Numbered from the stretch's first letter, positions 39,664-52,932 are shown. The stretch is DNA of 64,000 bases from Eledone cirrhosa (GCA_964016885.1 OZ024743.1:271126001-271190000); one strand, 5' to 3'. The notes: a model not told the origin generated them from the letters alone. Made by a program: numbers and translations.

Positions 39664-39824
39664 AGCTGACATATATTACACATCCAGACCTAAAATGTAA
39701 CCGGGGGGGGGGGGGGGGGGTACGGTATTTTATGTCTGCTTTGAGGTCTATATTTTACATCTAGTATGGGCTTATGACTAGGATTGGGAAGGGTTACATT
39801 TTAGGTCTGGACGTATTACCAGCT
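39664..39824. mobile_element. Small TIR element (MITE) containing a poly-G run
   Basis: tccagacctaaaatgtaacc / ggttacattttaggtctgga inverted pair, extended imperfectly to agctg/cagct. Confidence 0.55.
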
Positions 39825-40184
39825 ATGAGGTAGATAGTGGTGTTACATTTTACATCTGATCAGGGACTAATACTAGCTGAAGTGAAGGGTTACATTTTAC
39901 ACACACACACACACACGTTCACACAAACATGTGATATAAACAGTTTACACAAGAACTTGCAACAGTTAACTGATCACAAGACTGCTGTCATGTGACAATA
40001 TTTAGGTTAACCTAAACAAACAGATGACCTCCCGTGACACAGGTTTAAAGGTCAAAGTATAAAACTAGTGTTTATCTCTTCAAAGTTACAGTTTCACTGT
40101 TTTAAAACTTATTCCACTGTTTCTATTATTTTCTATCACTGTGTATATACCTGCGTATGTGTTTTTGTGTACACGTGTGTGTAT

Positions 40185-40385
40185 TTTGGTGGTGGTGTTG
40201 GTGATGATGGTGATGCTGTTGGTAGTGGTTGTAGTGTTATTGTTAGTGGTAGTGGTGGTGGTTGTGCTGGCAGCAGTGGTGAAGGCAGTGTTGGTGGTGG
40301 TGGTTGTGCTTGCAGTGGTGTTGAAGGCTGTGCTGGTGGTGGTGGTTGTGCTTGCAGTGGTGGTGAAGGCGGTGGTGGTAGTAGT
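40185..40385. repeat. (GGT)n-rich low-complexity tract
   Basis: Degenerate GGT/GTG triplet repeat. Confidence 0.85.
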
Positions 40386-40467
40386 TATCTCTTGTGATTC
40401 TTTTTTTTTTTTTATCTTTTACTGATAAAAAAAAAATCTTTCAGGAGTCATTCTTCTCTATTGTGAA

Positions 40468-40662
40468 ATAATTGTTTCTACTTTTTGGCACAAGGCCAGC
40501 AATTACCCAGTGCATTACTGGTACTTTATTTTATCAACCCCGTAAGGATGAAAAGCAAAGTTAACTTCGGCGGGATTTGAACTCAGACTGTAAAGGGACG
40601 TAACTATGCTAGAAAGCATGGCGTCCAACCCTCTACCGATACTGCCAATTCACCGCCCTTAA
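40468..40662 (-). mobile_element. SINE family A
   Basis: Reverse complement of the 2557-2745 unit. Confidence 0.85.
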
Positions 40663-40904
40663 ATAATAGCAGCTTATAATCATTGTTAATGAATGAAGAT
40701 GGAAAGTAAAGTGAAAGGGGGAGGGTGAACTTAACCCTTTCCATACTAACTGCCTGAAGCTGCCTTTGGTTCTGTCAGTCATATGTTAGCTGCTTGTTTA
40801 TAAAAGTGTTTATACTTATATTTAGACCTTTCCAATGTCATTTTATGTAACAACCTTTTGTTAAGTAATGTTCAAAATAGCAATTTTGATGATGATGATA
40901 GTGA

Positions 40905-41068
40905 TCTTCTTTTTCTTTTTCTTTTTCTTTTTCTTTTTTCTTTTTTCTTCTTTCTTTTTTTCTTTTTCTTTTTTTTTTTCTTTTTTTCTTTTTTCTTTTT
41001 TCTTTTTCCTTTTTTCTTTTTCCTTTTTTCTTTTTCCTTTTCTTTTTCTTTTTCTTTTTCTTCTTTCC
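40905..41068. repeat. Polypyrimidine (CTTTTT)n tract
   Basis: ~160 nt of only C and T. Confidence 0.9.
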
Positions 41069-41089
41069 AGTGATTTTATTCCTCCGTAA

Positions 41090-41520
41090 TATCAGAGCTG
41101 TTTGTATCTGCAACCATATTCTTTCGGTCATTACCCAAAATTCATGACCGTGGGTAAGGGTTGGTACGATACCAAATTGAAGATAGTGAATTTAGTTTTT
41201 ATGCCTACCTCCCCTTCCTCAATGACCAAATGCTGAAGCTGGTACATTAATGCACTAGCTGTTGCAATTCTTGCACTTAATTCAGCCTCCTGCCTTCCAA
41301 CACTTGTGAACATGGTCCCGTGGTACTTGAATTTTTCCTCCTGCGTCATATATAGAGTGGAACTCCACTCATATATAGAGTTAGAGTGCACTGCACAGAC
41401 TTCTTTGAGAAGACGAGTGTCTCAGTTTTCGTAGCACTGATTTTTTATTCCTGCCATGCAGCACTTGGAGCAAACCTATCAAGTGCATGTCACAGATGAC
41501 CTGATCCTACACCCATGCAA
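41090..41520 (-). pseudogene. Old RTE-family fragment
   Basis: EKFKYHGTMFTSVGRQEAELSARIATAS...KTKFTIFN; homologous to the + strand piece at 43850-44240. Confidence 0.65.
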
Positions 41521-41760
41521 ATTTTCATTCTTTTCAAAATTATTTGAAATACATTGGCATTGTATTTCATTAGAAATATAGCAGCAAAAAGGGTTAAACC
41601 AGTGCTAGTTGAAGACTGGCATGGTTTCTAAGATAGATTTTGTGTATTTTGTAAACTAAATGTGAATACATCATCATCATGGCATACACCACTGATCTTC
41701 ATCAAACTGCTAAGCTGAGGGACATATTGTTTTAGTAGGACATAAACAAACATTACTTGC

Positions 41761-41989
41761 TTAATCCTTTAGCATTTAAACCGACCATATCTGGCCAGAA
41801 TTCTCTCACCTCTTTCTGTTCAAACTGGCTGTAACTAGCTGCTCATACTGATGTTAAGGTATTGTTCTCAAAATAAATAATATAAAAGTCTCATAGATTC
41901 AATGTTATGTAAGATAACTATGTGAGGTAAAGCCTTTACTATGAAAATATAATAGTATATATAGAGTAATGCAAATGCTAAAGGGTTAA
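41761..41989. mobile_element. piggyBac-type MITE, copy 2
   Basis: ttaa-tcctttagcattt ... aaatgctaaaggg-ttaa; same length and internal sequence as 1351-1579; TTAA at both ends. Confidence 0.72.
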
Positions 41990-43849
41990 ACAATGCCAAT
42001 GCAAAGACACTAATTCAGACAGACAGACACACACACCAGTACTCCTGTATCAAGGCTAGACTTGGCCTCTCCACCTTGGTCCCCACCCCCACACACCAGA
42101 CTACTTGCCGCTCTCCTCACTCATCCTGATAAAACTTTTTTCTCTATTTTTTTTTCCAAACTTCCAACCTCTTCTTTCTCCAAACTTCATTCTTTCAATA
42201 CATTGAAACACTCTTTTTCGTTTTCCAACAAGCAGGAAATTAATAAGACTTTGTGGTATTAAATTTCTGTGTTCATCTTGTTTATCCTGAACTATATACT
42301 GTGGAACTTCAATTCAGGAACGCCTCTCATCATGAACAAATCAGTTCTTGAACAATTTTTCCAAACATAAAATGTTTTGGGTGGGGAATGGTGTCTCGAG
42401 TAACAAGCACACAAGCTGGCAACAATGGTTGATGACAAGCTGGGAGTATTGGCAAGAAAGCATCACTTGTGTAGTTAGTTACTATGGTGATATCTATCTG
42501 TTTTTCACACACAGTTGCTCTCTCTCTCTCTCAACATATGGGGAAAATAGTTTCAGTTTACGAACATTTTGAGCAGTCTTCAGGAATGATTTAAGTTCGT
42601 TAACCGAGGTTCCACTATATATATATAATGATGATGATGATGAGTTTTTGCACAATTTCCTTTCATCAAATTAATTTACAAGGATCATAACAACCATCCA
42701 GCCCAATCCTGCATAGAAAAATGGACATATGATAATGATGACAATGTAGTAGCATATTATTTAAGGAGATTCAGCTGCTATTTCTAGCAAATTCATTGCT
42801 CATATAAAGGCTTTCAATTTAGCTTGAATTAAAACAGATATTGTTGTTTAGACCCAGATCAGCTCTGAATGAGCAGACCTGTGGTCAGAAATTTGAAGAG
42901 ATTTTGGCTGCTATTTCTAACAAGTAGAATAGCCATATAAAGGCTTTTACTTTGGCTCAGATTGTTGTTGTTTAACCCCAGGTCAGCCCTGAATAAACAG
43001 AAATGGATCACCGTCAGTCTTGACAATGGGTATTTCAATTGTTCGATCAATGGAACAGCCTGCTCATGAAATTAACATGTAAATGGCTGAGCATTCTACT
43101 AACATGTGTACACTTAACGTAATTCTCAGGGATATCCAGTGTGACAAGGCTGGCCTTTTGAATTACAGGTACAATCCAATGGGCTTCCAAACAGTTTCCG
43201 TTTTGTTTACCTAGTTTCATTCACAAGGCATATATCAACCCAAGGCTATACTTAACGTACTTTTCAGGTAGATTCAGTGTGACCCAGTGCGTGACAAGGT
43301 TGGCCTTTTGAATTACAGGTACAGTTCATCTGATGGGCTTCCAAACAGTTTCCATCTGGACTACTTAGTTTCACGCAAGGCATATGTCAACCCAAGGCTA
43401 TGAACTTGTAAATTATACTTGCCCAAGATGTCTTGTGGTGGAATTGAACCAAGAACCTAATGATTGTGAAGCAAAAATCTTATCTATTTGTCAAGGTTGT
43501 TTTTACATCTTGCTGTATTTTTGTGACCACACTGTCTAGTTTTGGTTGCTTTTTCTAACAGGTTGACTGACCTTGTAGAGTCTCTATCAAAGTTTCATAT
43601 TAGCACAGGTAATTCATATTGGTGAATAATGACAATGCATATTTGTATCAGATTAATGAGAAAGTAAAGTTTTAAATATTTAAAATAATTATCAATATAT
43701 ACTATGGTAGATAAGCACATTGTGTTCACTTATTGTTTTGATGTTTCAAATCATATAACAGATACATCACATTTGTCTACACACATTATATGTAGAGAAT
43801 AAATATCCACACAGACTAAATATCAGTGGTAACATTTATGTTTAGAAGC

Positions 43850-44240
43850 ATTCAGTAATCAGAAGGGAGGTCGGCGTAAAAGCCAAACTCACTATCTTCA
43901 ATTCGGTTTTCGTGCCAACCCTTACCTATGGTCATGAATGACCAAAAGAATATAATCATGAATACAAGTGGCCAAAATGGGATTCCTCTGAAGGGTCTTT
44001 GGAGCAACATTACTCAATAGAATGTGTAGCTTGGAGATCAGCGAGTCACTCCAGGTAGAGTCATTACTTCTCCTAATTGAGAGATCATAGCTCTGATACT
44101 ATTGGCATCTGGTTAGAATGTCTCAGGAAAGAATCGCTGGACAGATTTTACAGGCTAAACCAACCGGCAAGAGACCCAGGGGTAGACCCCAAGCAAGATG
44201 GTTGGATAACATCCATGAACTTGGCTGGTCACCCTCTCAG
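43850..44240 (+). pseudogene. Old RTE-family C-terminal fragment
   Basis: KREVGVKAKLTIFNSVFVPTLTYGHE...GKRPRGRP. Confidence 0.65.
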
Positions 44241-45495
44241 AAATATGTGGGTGAAGAAGAAAAGTATGAACACAGGCACAGCTGAGTGGTTAAGAAGTTT
44301 GCTTTGCAATAATGAGTGGGTTCAATCCTAGTGTGGGGCAACATGGTGAAGCTTGTTTCTCTGAGCCTCAGGGTGATTAATATGATTTGTAAATTTGATT
44401 GCAAACATGAAAGATAAAATTTTCATGACTCTAATTGTTATACTGGCCATAAAAGTACATGACACCCCTACTGGCTCACCATCTACTCATAACAAGGAAC
44501 AGTTGCAATATACTACACTAAATAACACAACACAAAACTAAACATTAGGGAACAATACAACTATACTCTACAGAATTCCCCACAAAAATAGATATTGAAC
44601 TTATGACCTAATGATTTAACAGAAAATATCGAAATGCAGGTTTTCACAATTCAAATGTTTATAGTAAACATGCTGCTGTGAACATTTCCAGTAAACTAAA
44701 GTGAAGACTTTAATTTTACAATTTTACATGTGATGCAAATGTAGTTTCATGTGGTACAGGATTTTAAGAGTTAATTTTAAGAGCACTACTCTTACCACAG
44801 TGCTAAAAATTAACATAAAGAAAATGTACACATAGTCATAAACAAAAATAAATACCTTACTGATATTGTATAAATATAATGATCAAGAATTCAAATTTGA
44901 GTGGTTGTATCCATAAAAATCACTTTAACCTAGCCTACTAGTAAGAGACTACAACAAATGTTAACATCACTTCATCATAAAGATGAGACCATAAAAGTTT
45001 AGAAATGTTGCTTGAATTTAGGAACTTCACTGTTCCAAACAAACTGCAAGGTAGACTTATGAAAAAAAAAATCATTAAAAAAAATAAAACAGTTTTATAT
45101 TTTAATAGAACATGCATAAATCACCATATGCTTGTTTTTCAATGCTGGCTTGGGTTAGGCAAATCATTACAGACCAAGTCAGTACTTATTCAGAGCTACT
45201 TTCATAGACCAGACATAGAAGTAAGGGGTATGTCTCATACATTCTAGGTTTATATATATATATATATATATATATCATCATCATTTTTCATCAGCTTTTT
45301 TTTTGGTGGCATGCATATAGATATATATACATATGTGTACATATATATATATATATATATTAAGTATATGTTGGTTGTTTACCAACACCTCAGTATGCAG
45401 ATTGGAGCACTCGACGAAGTGTGCAGGTTGGTTTGGTTACTCCGGAGTAATGTAAAATAAATAAGTCAAATATTTAAAATTTGGCTTCGTTTATT

Positions 45496-45550
45496 ACTGC
45501 TATATATATTTCGGTGATAGCCATCTTTGGCTGTGACCTCTTCAGGCAGT
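45496..45550 (-). ncRNA. Minimal type I hammerhead ribozyme with canonical core
   Basis: Minus strand: actgc CUGAAGA ggtcacagcca-aaga-tggctatcacc GAAA U-AUAU-AUA gcagt; 5-bp stem I, G10.1-C11.1, palindromic stem III loop, AUA triplet. Confidence 0.78.
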
Positions 45551-45964
45551 CCGAATTAGTGTGGTAGAGACGAGTACACATGTTGTTGAGGTGTTTAACT
45601 TTGTCAATACTCTGATATGCCCAGTTCCTAGTTGGGTTGTTGTTTCTATGAGGAACTGGAATCATATGAATTTAAACAAACGAATTTCAGCATCAAAGGA
45701 CATCCTCTCCTCCCATTGGTCAGTTGTGAGAACATTCCTCAGTCAAAATCTATAGAAATTCTTTCTGAGGCGAGGCATTCTGTAGTGGTTGTTTTTGTTA
45801 TTGTTAAGTAAATCTGACCTCTACCCTTATGTTGGTAGTGGTGTTGGTGCTGGGGTCAGATTTAAGTCCTGCTGCTGTTGATTTTAGAAGGACCTGTGTG
45901 TGTGTGTGTTGGCATCTATCCTGCCACCATTTCTCGTGGTGGTGGGGGGGGGGGGTGCCAAGCA

Positions 45965-46705
45965 TATGAAGAAATAAAAGGCAATAGGATGAAGAAAATA
46001 AAAAAAAAATAGAATGAAATGAAAAGGTAAAACACTAAAAAATACAAATAAAATAAAGAAAAATAGAGTAAAATAAAATAAGATAGAATAAAATAAAATA
46101 AGATAAAATAAAATAATATAAGATAATTGTTTCTACTTTAGGCACAAGGCCAGCAATTAACCAGTGCATTACTGGTACTTTTTTTATCGACCCCGTAAGG
46201 ATATAAGCAAATAAGTAAACAAAAAAAAAAATGATAAAATGGTAGAAGGAATAGGATGATAAAAGAATAAAATAAGATAATGCATATGAAGGAATAAAAG
46301 GCAATAAAATGAAGAAAATAAAAAAATAAAATGAAAAGGTAAAAGACAAAAAATTAAGAATAAAATAAAGAAATAAAGAAGTAAAGTAGAGTAAAATGAA
46401 ATAAAATAATATAAAATAACATAAAATAATATAATTGTTTCTGCTTTTAGCACAAGGCCAGCAAATACCCAGTGCATTACTGGTACTTTATTTTATCGAC
46501 CCCGTAAGGATGAAAGGCAAAGTTAACCTCGGGGGGGATTTGAACTCAGAATGGAAAGGGCCGTAACTCTATGCGTCAAAGCATGGTGTGCGACCGTCTA
46601 CCGATACTGCCAATCGACTAATATAATATAAGCAAATAAGTAAACAAAAAAATGATAAAATGGTAGAAGGAATAAGATGTTAAAAAAATAAAATAAGATA
46701 TTCAA
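45965..46705 (-). repeat. (AAAAT)n-rich tract with SINE family A copies and local duplication
   Basis: SINE at 46430-46615, partial copy 46125-46201; block atataagcaaataagtaaacaaaaaa..tggtagaagga duplicated at 46201 and 46626. Confidence 0.75.
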
Positions 46706-47109
46706 ATAAAATGTGTGTGTTATAACCAATCTCAAAGTTAGAAAGATTTGGAAGATGTTGGCCAAATTAGAAAGGCTGTGTCAGAATCAATCTCTAGACT
46801 ATCATGGTGTGTTGTGTATTAAGAGCAGGTGAGACAAGGGTGGAATGTAATAGCCCATAACCCGGGTGTCGAAATCTGGAACTGCGGAGGACTGCAGTTC
46901 CCATATAGGCATGGAGCTCATATTCGTGTCTGTCAACTCACATTGTTCCAAGCACACACGCACAGGCACAGGTCCAGTTGCATCCCCTCTGCACACACAC
47001 ACACACATACACATACATACACCCACCCACATGCCCACCCACACACATGTAAGTATCTGTGCATGTACAATCTTAAATAACAGTATCCATGTATGGACAT
47101 ATGCATAGG

Positions 47110-49341
47110 TATGTGTTGTCACAGGGGTTGATCGGGGCAGTGGTATGGTGGGAATGCTGTCCTTGAAGCTAGAGGGAAGTTCCCATCCCAATGTTTTGTT
47201 CTTATCCGTATAGCTTGAGGAAGGTCCCGGCCCTGAGGTGTCTGCTCGTCCCAGATGGGTCTCTATGGCTTGAGGGGAGTTCCAACCTATTGTGTTGTTA
47301 CTCTCCATATAGCTTGAGGGAGGTCCGGCCCAGAGGTATCAACATGTTCTGGAGAAGTCCTTATAACTTGAGGGGAGTTCACATCCCAGTGTGTTGTTAC
47401 TGTCCATATAGCTTGAGGAAGTCGGTTCTGAGGTTTATCAGGCGGCTTCCACCTCTTAGTATCTCGAGGGTCTCACTCAGACATAGTTTGCAGATGCCAG
47501 ATCCCCTTTTATCAGGTGGTACTTTCCTGATTATGGACCATGCTAGAGGGTACGGGGGTCCTGTCCAGCTTAAGCTTCCAGATCAGGTTGGAAAGAGCCG
47601 TACTTTTCCTTTTGATCTCCTTGTTGAAGGAATGGCGATGGTTATACCAACGGTCTTTAAAGCTCGTTGATGTGGCTCCTATGTAAAGGTGTTCAGAGTT
47701 GGGGGTTTTTACTCTACATCCGTATATTAGGTTCTTCCTAAGACATTCATTACTAAGGGGGCATAATTCGGGGTTTCTGCAGTTGCAGAAGGTGGTCGAC
47801 CTCTGTGTGCCTAGTGTGGGGTTCCCATTACGTGTTACATGGTGGCCCTCCCCCGGGCCCGGTGGGGGTCTCTGGGTCTGTTTGAGTTTCTTGGGTGGGC
47901 ACTGGGTCCACCCTTCTCTCCTTCCACATGGTTGTGCTGGGTGCTTACATTGCCAGCTTCTAGTTGTGTGTGGTTTTTAAGCCTACTCCTGTTGGGCCAG
48001 ATTTCTCGTGGTGGAATACGAGAGCTTCACAGTGTATCTGTTGAAGATCTTGTGGTATCTATGGTCCCTCGGGAAGCATTTATCAAGTGCTCCAAAGAAT
48101 GATCGGGCCAAGCTGTTCTTTAGGGCCGCTGAGTAGGGTGGGTTGTACCACGGGATTTTTCTGCATCTATTCCTATGTGGGTGGGTTGAGGGCGCCGTGG
48201 GCTGTTGGAGAGTTATTGGGTTGCTAGTGGTTCCCGCATTGTTGCTTCCCCTTTGGGCGCTATATGTATTGCTATCTCCTCTGCCCGAATCTGTGGGGTG
48301 GTTGTTGCCCACGCCAGGAGATCCACGATGGGATGGTCCCCCTTCACCCCACACGTGTCGTGCGGTTGGGGTCGTCAGGCCCAGGGTGGTTGGTATCACC
48401 CCTGAGACTGCTACTTGTATTGGGTTTCTTCCCATGGTTACGCGTACTCGTCACCATTGCCCATGTGGTGGTGTCAGACTGCCTGTATTGTTATGGTTCG
48501 TCCCCTCCTGGACAACGCGGGTGGGGGCATCCGTTGGGCCATCCCCATCCCGGCACCTCGGGCTATATGTTATATTTTGGCCATGTGCCGCCTTATTTAA
48601 AGCTGTGTTGTAATATCCCGCGTTGTTATCAAAGATTTCCTTATTTGCGGACAGGCTGGAGATCCTGTCCGAGACACTCTTCACCACGCCCTTGGTTATG
48701 GATCTAGGGTGGTTTGACTTGGCGTTAACATACATAAGTTTCTCGTTGGGCTTGTGGTAGGGGTAGTATTGCTCGGTGTTCAGGTTTAGGGTGGTGTCTA
48801 GGAAGTTAACTACCTTTCTATTTGGGTCTAGTTCGATACTGAGCCCCTGGTTCTTAAAGAAATGGCGAATACGCCTCTTCATTCTCTCCACCATAGTGGT
48901 GCTGTGGTCATAGACTGGGAATAGAGTATCGTCACGATATAATCCGCCGCCCAGGCAGGGGATTTCATCTTTTATCTGCTTCAGCAGGAAGAACCCAACC
49001 AGGTCCATTGCCTGTGCTGAGTCGCTGGAGCCCATCGTGATGTCAAAGTTATTTGGCCAATCACTCCTGGTCCAAAGGTCTCCATCGAATGGATTAAGGT
49101 CTTTCGTGCGGCGTGGATGATGCTCACCTCCTCTCGGGTTAGGTCCGTATTGGACATCGCTAAAAATAGGGCCTTATTGAGTACTATGGGTAAGATTGAG
49201 GAGTAGTAGCCTGCGATATCCAGTTGGATAAAGCTGGTCCTGCTTTTCCCAGGTAGTATCTTAAACCATTCTATTACCTCTCCCGTGCATGACCATTGTT
49301 GTAATTTAGTTTTTTTTCCGAAGCTTGGGCAAAACCCTATC
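47110..49341 (-). mobile_element. Penelope-like element (RT plus GIY-YIG), 5'-truncated, disrupted
   Basis: DITMGSSDSAQAMDLVG, GLYRDD, VNFLDTTLNL, SNHP, IPWYNPPYS, FCNCRNPELCPLSNECL..LIYGC..YIGATSTSFKDRWYNH; short tandem tatagcttgagg repeats at 47205-47420. Confidence 0.9.
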
Positions 49342-49343
49342 TA

Positions 49344-49387
<44 letters not shown>

Positions 49388-49421
49388 AGTATATATATAT
49401 ATCTATATATCTATATATCTA

Positions 49422-49455
<34 letters not shown>

Positions 49456-49530
49456 AGTATATATATATATCTATATATCTATATATCTAGTATATATATA
49501 TATATATAGTATATATATATATCTAGTATA

Positions 49531-49577
<47 letters not shown>

Positions 49578-49597
49578 TATATATATATATATATCTA

Positions 49598-49646
<49 letters not shown>

Positions 49647-49649
49647 CTA

Positions 49650-49692
<43 letters not shown>

Positions 49693-49695
49693 CTA

Positions 49696-49736
<41 letters not shown>

Positions 49737-49739
49737 CTA

Positions 49740-49778
<39 letters not shown>

Positions 49779-49808
49779 CTAGTATATATATATATCTAAT
49801 ATATATAT
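49342..49808. repeat. (TA)n tract punctuated by TCTAG
   Basis: Unit (TA)n-tctag; same tract resumes at 51970-52450 beyond the RTE. Confidence 0.9.
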
Positions 49809-51971
49809 ATCAGCATCATCGTTTAACGTCCCTGTTCCACGCTTGCATGGGTTTGGACGGGGGTTTTCCCACTTGAGGCAAGAGTGGTTGTCTTGCTCGC
49901 ATAGGACTGTCTGGCGGGTTTTCTACAGCTGGATGCCCTTCCTAACACCAACCACATTTACAGTGTGGGGCTGGGAGGTTTTTACCGTGTTGCCTACACG
50001 GCCACATTACAGCGTGGACTGTCTGGCGGGTTATCTACAGCTGGATGCCCTTCCTAACACCAACCACATTTACAGTGTGGGAATGGGAGGTTTTTACCGT
50101 GTTGCCTACACGGTCACATTACAGCGTGGACTGTGTGTTTTTTTGTCGTGACACCTACACGATCTCGTTTGTTTCGGCCTGGATGTTGTGGCACCAACAT
50201 AACTTTGCATTGAAGGGGGCGGTGTGGATGGGGTGGGACGGGGGTGTATTTTGTTAGAGATGCCTACTGACTAGTAGGTTTTACTTTGTATTTAGGTGAG
50301 GCGGGTCTTCTCTGTTACTGAGTACCGCCAGAGGTCTCGGTCCAGTAACATTGTCTTGGAGAGGTGTAAGTGTGTGAGGTCGGAATTTATCAGCTTGTCC
50401 CAGGTTTTCCTGGGTCTGCCTACTCCGTGGCTACCATCTATCTTTATTGCCCTGCACTTTGTTATACAGCTGTCGTCTTTCATGCGCATCACGTGACCAT
50501 ACCAACGTAGCCTTCTCTCGAGTAAACAACATCTGATCCCTCTTATTTCTAATTTTTTCCTTAGTTCGTTTATGCTTTGCCGTTCACGTATATTACTATT
50601 ACACATCCAGCGGAGCATGCAAGCTTCGTTCCTCTCTAGTCTGCGTATATCCTCTGCACACAATGCCCAGGTCTCACTGCCATGTAACATTGCTGTTCGT
50701 ATGCAGGCATCATACAACCTGCCTTTCATTTTTAGGGAGAACCCTTTAGCGGCTAATAGTGGTATAAGCTCTCTGAACTTCTTCCATCCAGTTCTGTCTC
50801 TAGCTAATGTACTTTCAGAGCACCCTCCCCCACTGCTGATTTTGTCACCCAGGTAACGGAAGCTGTCCACTATTTCTATAGAACCCTCTGCGCTATTGAA
50901 AGAGTTAGTATTTTGTGGGTACTTGGTGCTACTTATTGCACCAGAGCACCGGCCACATGTAAAATCTGTGTTCTTAGTTAGCTTACCTATGATCCCACTA
51001 CATCTTTTATGCACCCATACTTTGCATTTGGGACATAAAATGGAGTTTCTACCTACGCCTTTCCTACACACTGAGCATGGCCATTTCCCGGAGGGGACCG
51101 GCGCCTTATTTTCTTTCCTACAAACTAGAACTTTAGTCTTAGCCAGGTTAATTTTAAGGCCTTTTGATTCTAGGCCGTGCTTCCATGTTTGGAATTTCTT
51201 CTCTAGCTCGGCCATTGATTCAGCTATGAGCGTTAGATCATCTGCGTATAGGAGTTCCCATGGGCAGCCGGTCTTGAACTCCTCTGTTATAGCCTGAAGG
51301 GCAATAATAAATAGTAGGGGGCTAAGAACAGAGCCCTGATGGACACCAACTTTTACGCTAAACTCTTCACTCTATTCGTTGTTAATTCTAACCTTGCTGA
51401 CTGTTTCTTTATACATGGCTTGTATGGCTCTCACAAGCCATTCGTCAACACCTAGTTTTCTAAGAGCCAACCAGATAATGGAGCGGGGGACTCTGTCGAA
51501 GGCTTTCTCCAAGTCGACAAAAGCTAAGTAGAGGGGTTTACCTTTAGCTAGGTACTTCTCCTGTAGTTGTCGTACAATGAAAAGAGCGTCTGTGGTACTT
51601 TTGCCTGACACAAACCCGAACTGCATTTCATCTAGATCAATTCTCTCTCTGATTAGTTGCGCTATTACTTTTTCCGTGACCTTCATGACCTGGTCGATTA
51701 ATTTAATGCCTCTATAGTTACTCCTATCTAGGGCGTCTCCTTTACCCTTGTAACAGTTAACGATGATGCTGCTACGCCAGTCCTTCGGAACAACCCCATT
51801 CTGTATGACTTGGTTTACTATCTGGGTGACCATGGTGTGTCCCACCGTACCGGAGGCTTTCAGCATCTCAGCAACTATTTCCGAAGGCCTAGCCACCTTA
51901 CCAGTCTTCATATCTTTGATTGCCTAGCCGCCTTACCCGTCTTCATATCTTTGATTGCCTTACTTATTATA
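49809..51971 (-). mobile_element. RTE LINE subfamily A inserted in the (TA)n-TCTAG tract
   Basis: ORFs 51372-51911 and 50292-51215; ~114-bp duplication in the 3' UTR and ~35-bp duplication at the 5' end. Confidence 0.95.
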
Positions 51972-52231
51972 TATATATATATATATATAGTATATATATA
52001 TATCTAATATATATATATATATATAGTATATATATATATCTAATATATATATATCTAGTATATATATATATATATATATATCTAATATATATATATCTAG
52101 TATATATATATATATATATATATATCTAATATATATATATATCTAGTATATATATATATATATATATATATATCTAATATATATATATATCTAGTATATA
52201 TATATATATATATATAATATATATATATCTA

Positions 52232-52265
<34 letters not shown>

Positions 52266-52267
52266 AG

Positions 52268-52298
<31 letters not shown>

Positions 52299-52358
52299 GC
52301 TATATATATATATCTAGTATATATATATATATATATATCTGCTATATATATATATCTA

Positions 52359-52392
<34 letters not shown>

Positions 52393-52717
52393 AGTATATA
52401 TATATATATATATATCTAGTATATATATATATATATCTAGTATATATATAGAAGGATTTTAATGTATACAGTTTAGTTAAAAGGAATTTATTGACACGTG
52501 TTTCTATAACAGTTACATAACCTGAAAACAGCTGCTATCTACAAAGTATTAGTTATGCAGACATTCAATATTTCAATGTTATTATCAACTGTCATTTCAT
52601 TGGAATAATTTTACTGAGGACCTGTTTGGTTTTTATAGAGAATATTAGGAGGGAGGGGTGAAGTTGTTAGAAGAATAGTTGAGGGAGTGGTTTTTTGATA
52701 GCAGTGAGAATTTTTGG

Positions 52718-52932
52718 TGGCAGTGAGTAATTAGATTCCCATCTGTTTTGACATTTTTATAGAATATATTATTGGTTATTTTTCTAAATCTATAGAAGGA
52801 TTAGAGATAGTATAAAACCAACCACACATATCTATACTATCTCTAATCCTTCTATAGATTTAGAAAAATAACCAATAATATATTCTATAAAAATGTCAAA
52901 ACAACAGATGGGAATCTAATTACTCACTGCCA
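52718..52932. repeat. Near-perfect inverted repeat, ~97-bp arms, 18-nt loop
   Basis: tggcagtgag...gagatagtata / tatactatctc...ctcactgcca; one 3-nt indel. Confidence 0.92.

Noticed and set aside
40068-41131. Gly/Val-rich, poly-Lys and poly-Phe ORFs
   Set aside because: Translations of (GGT)n and (CTTTTT)n low-complexity tracts.
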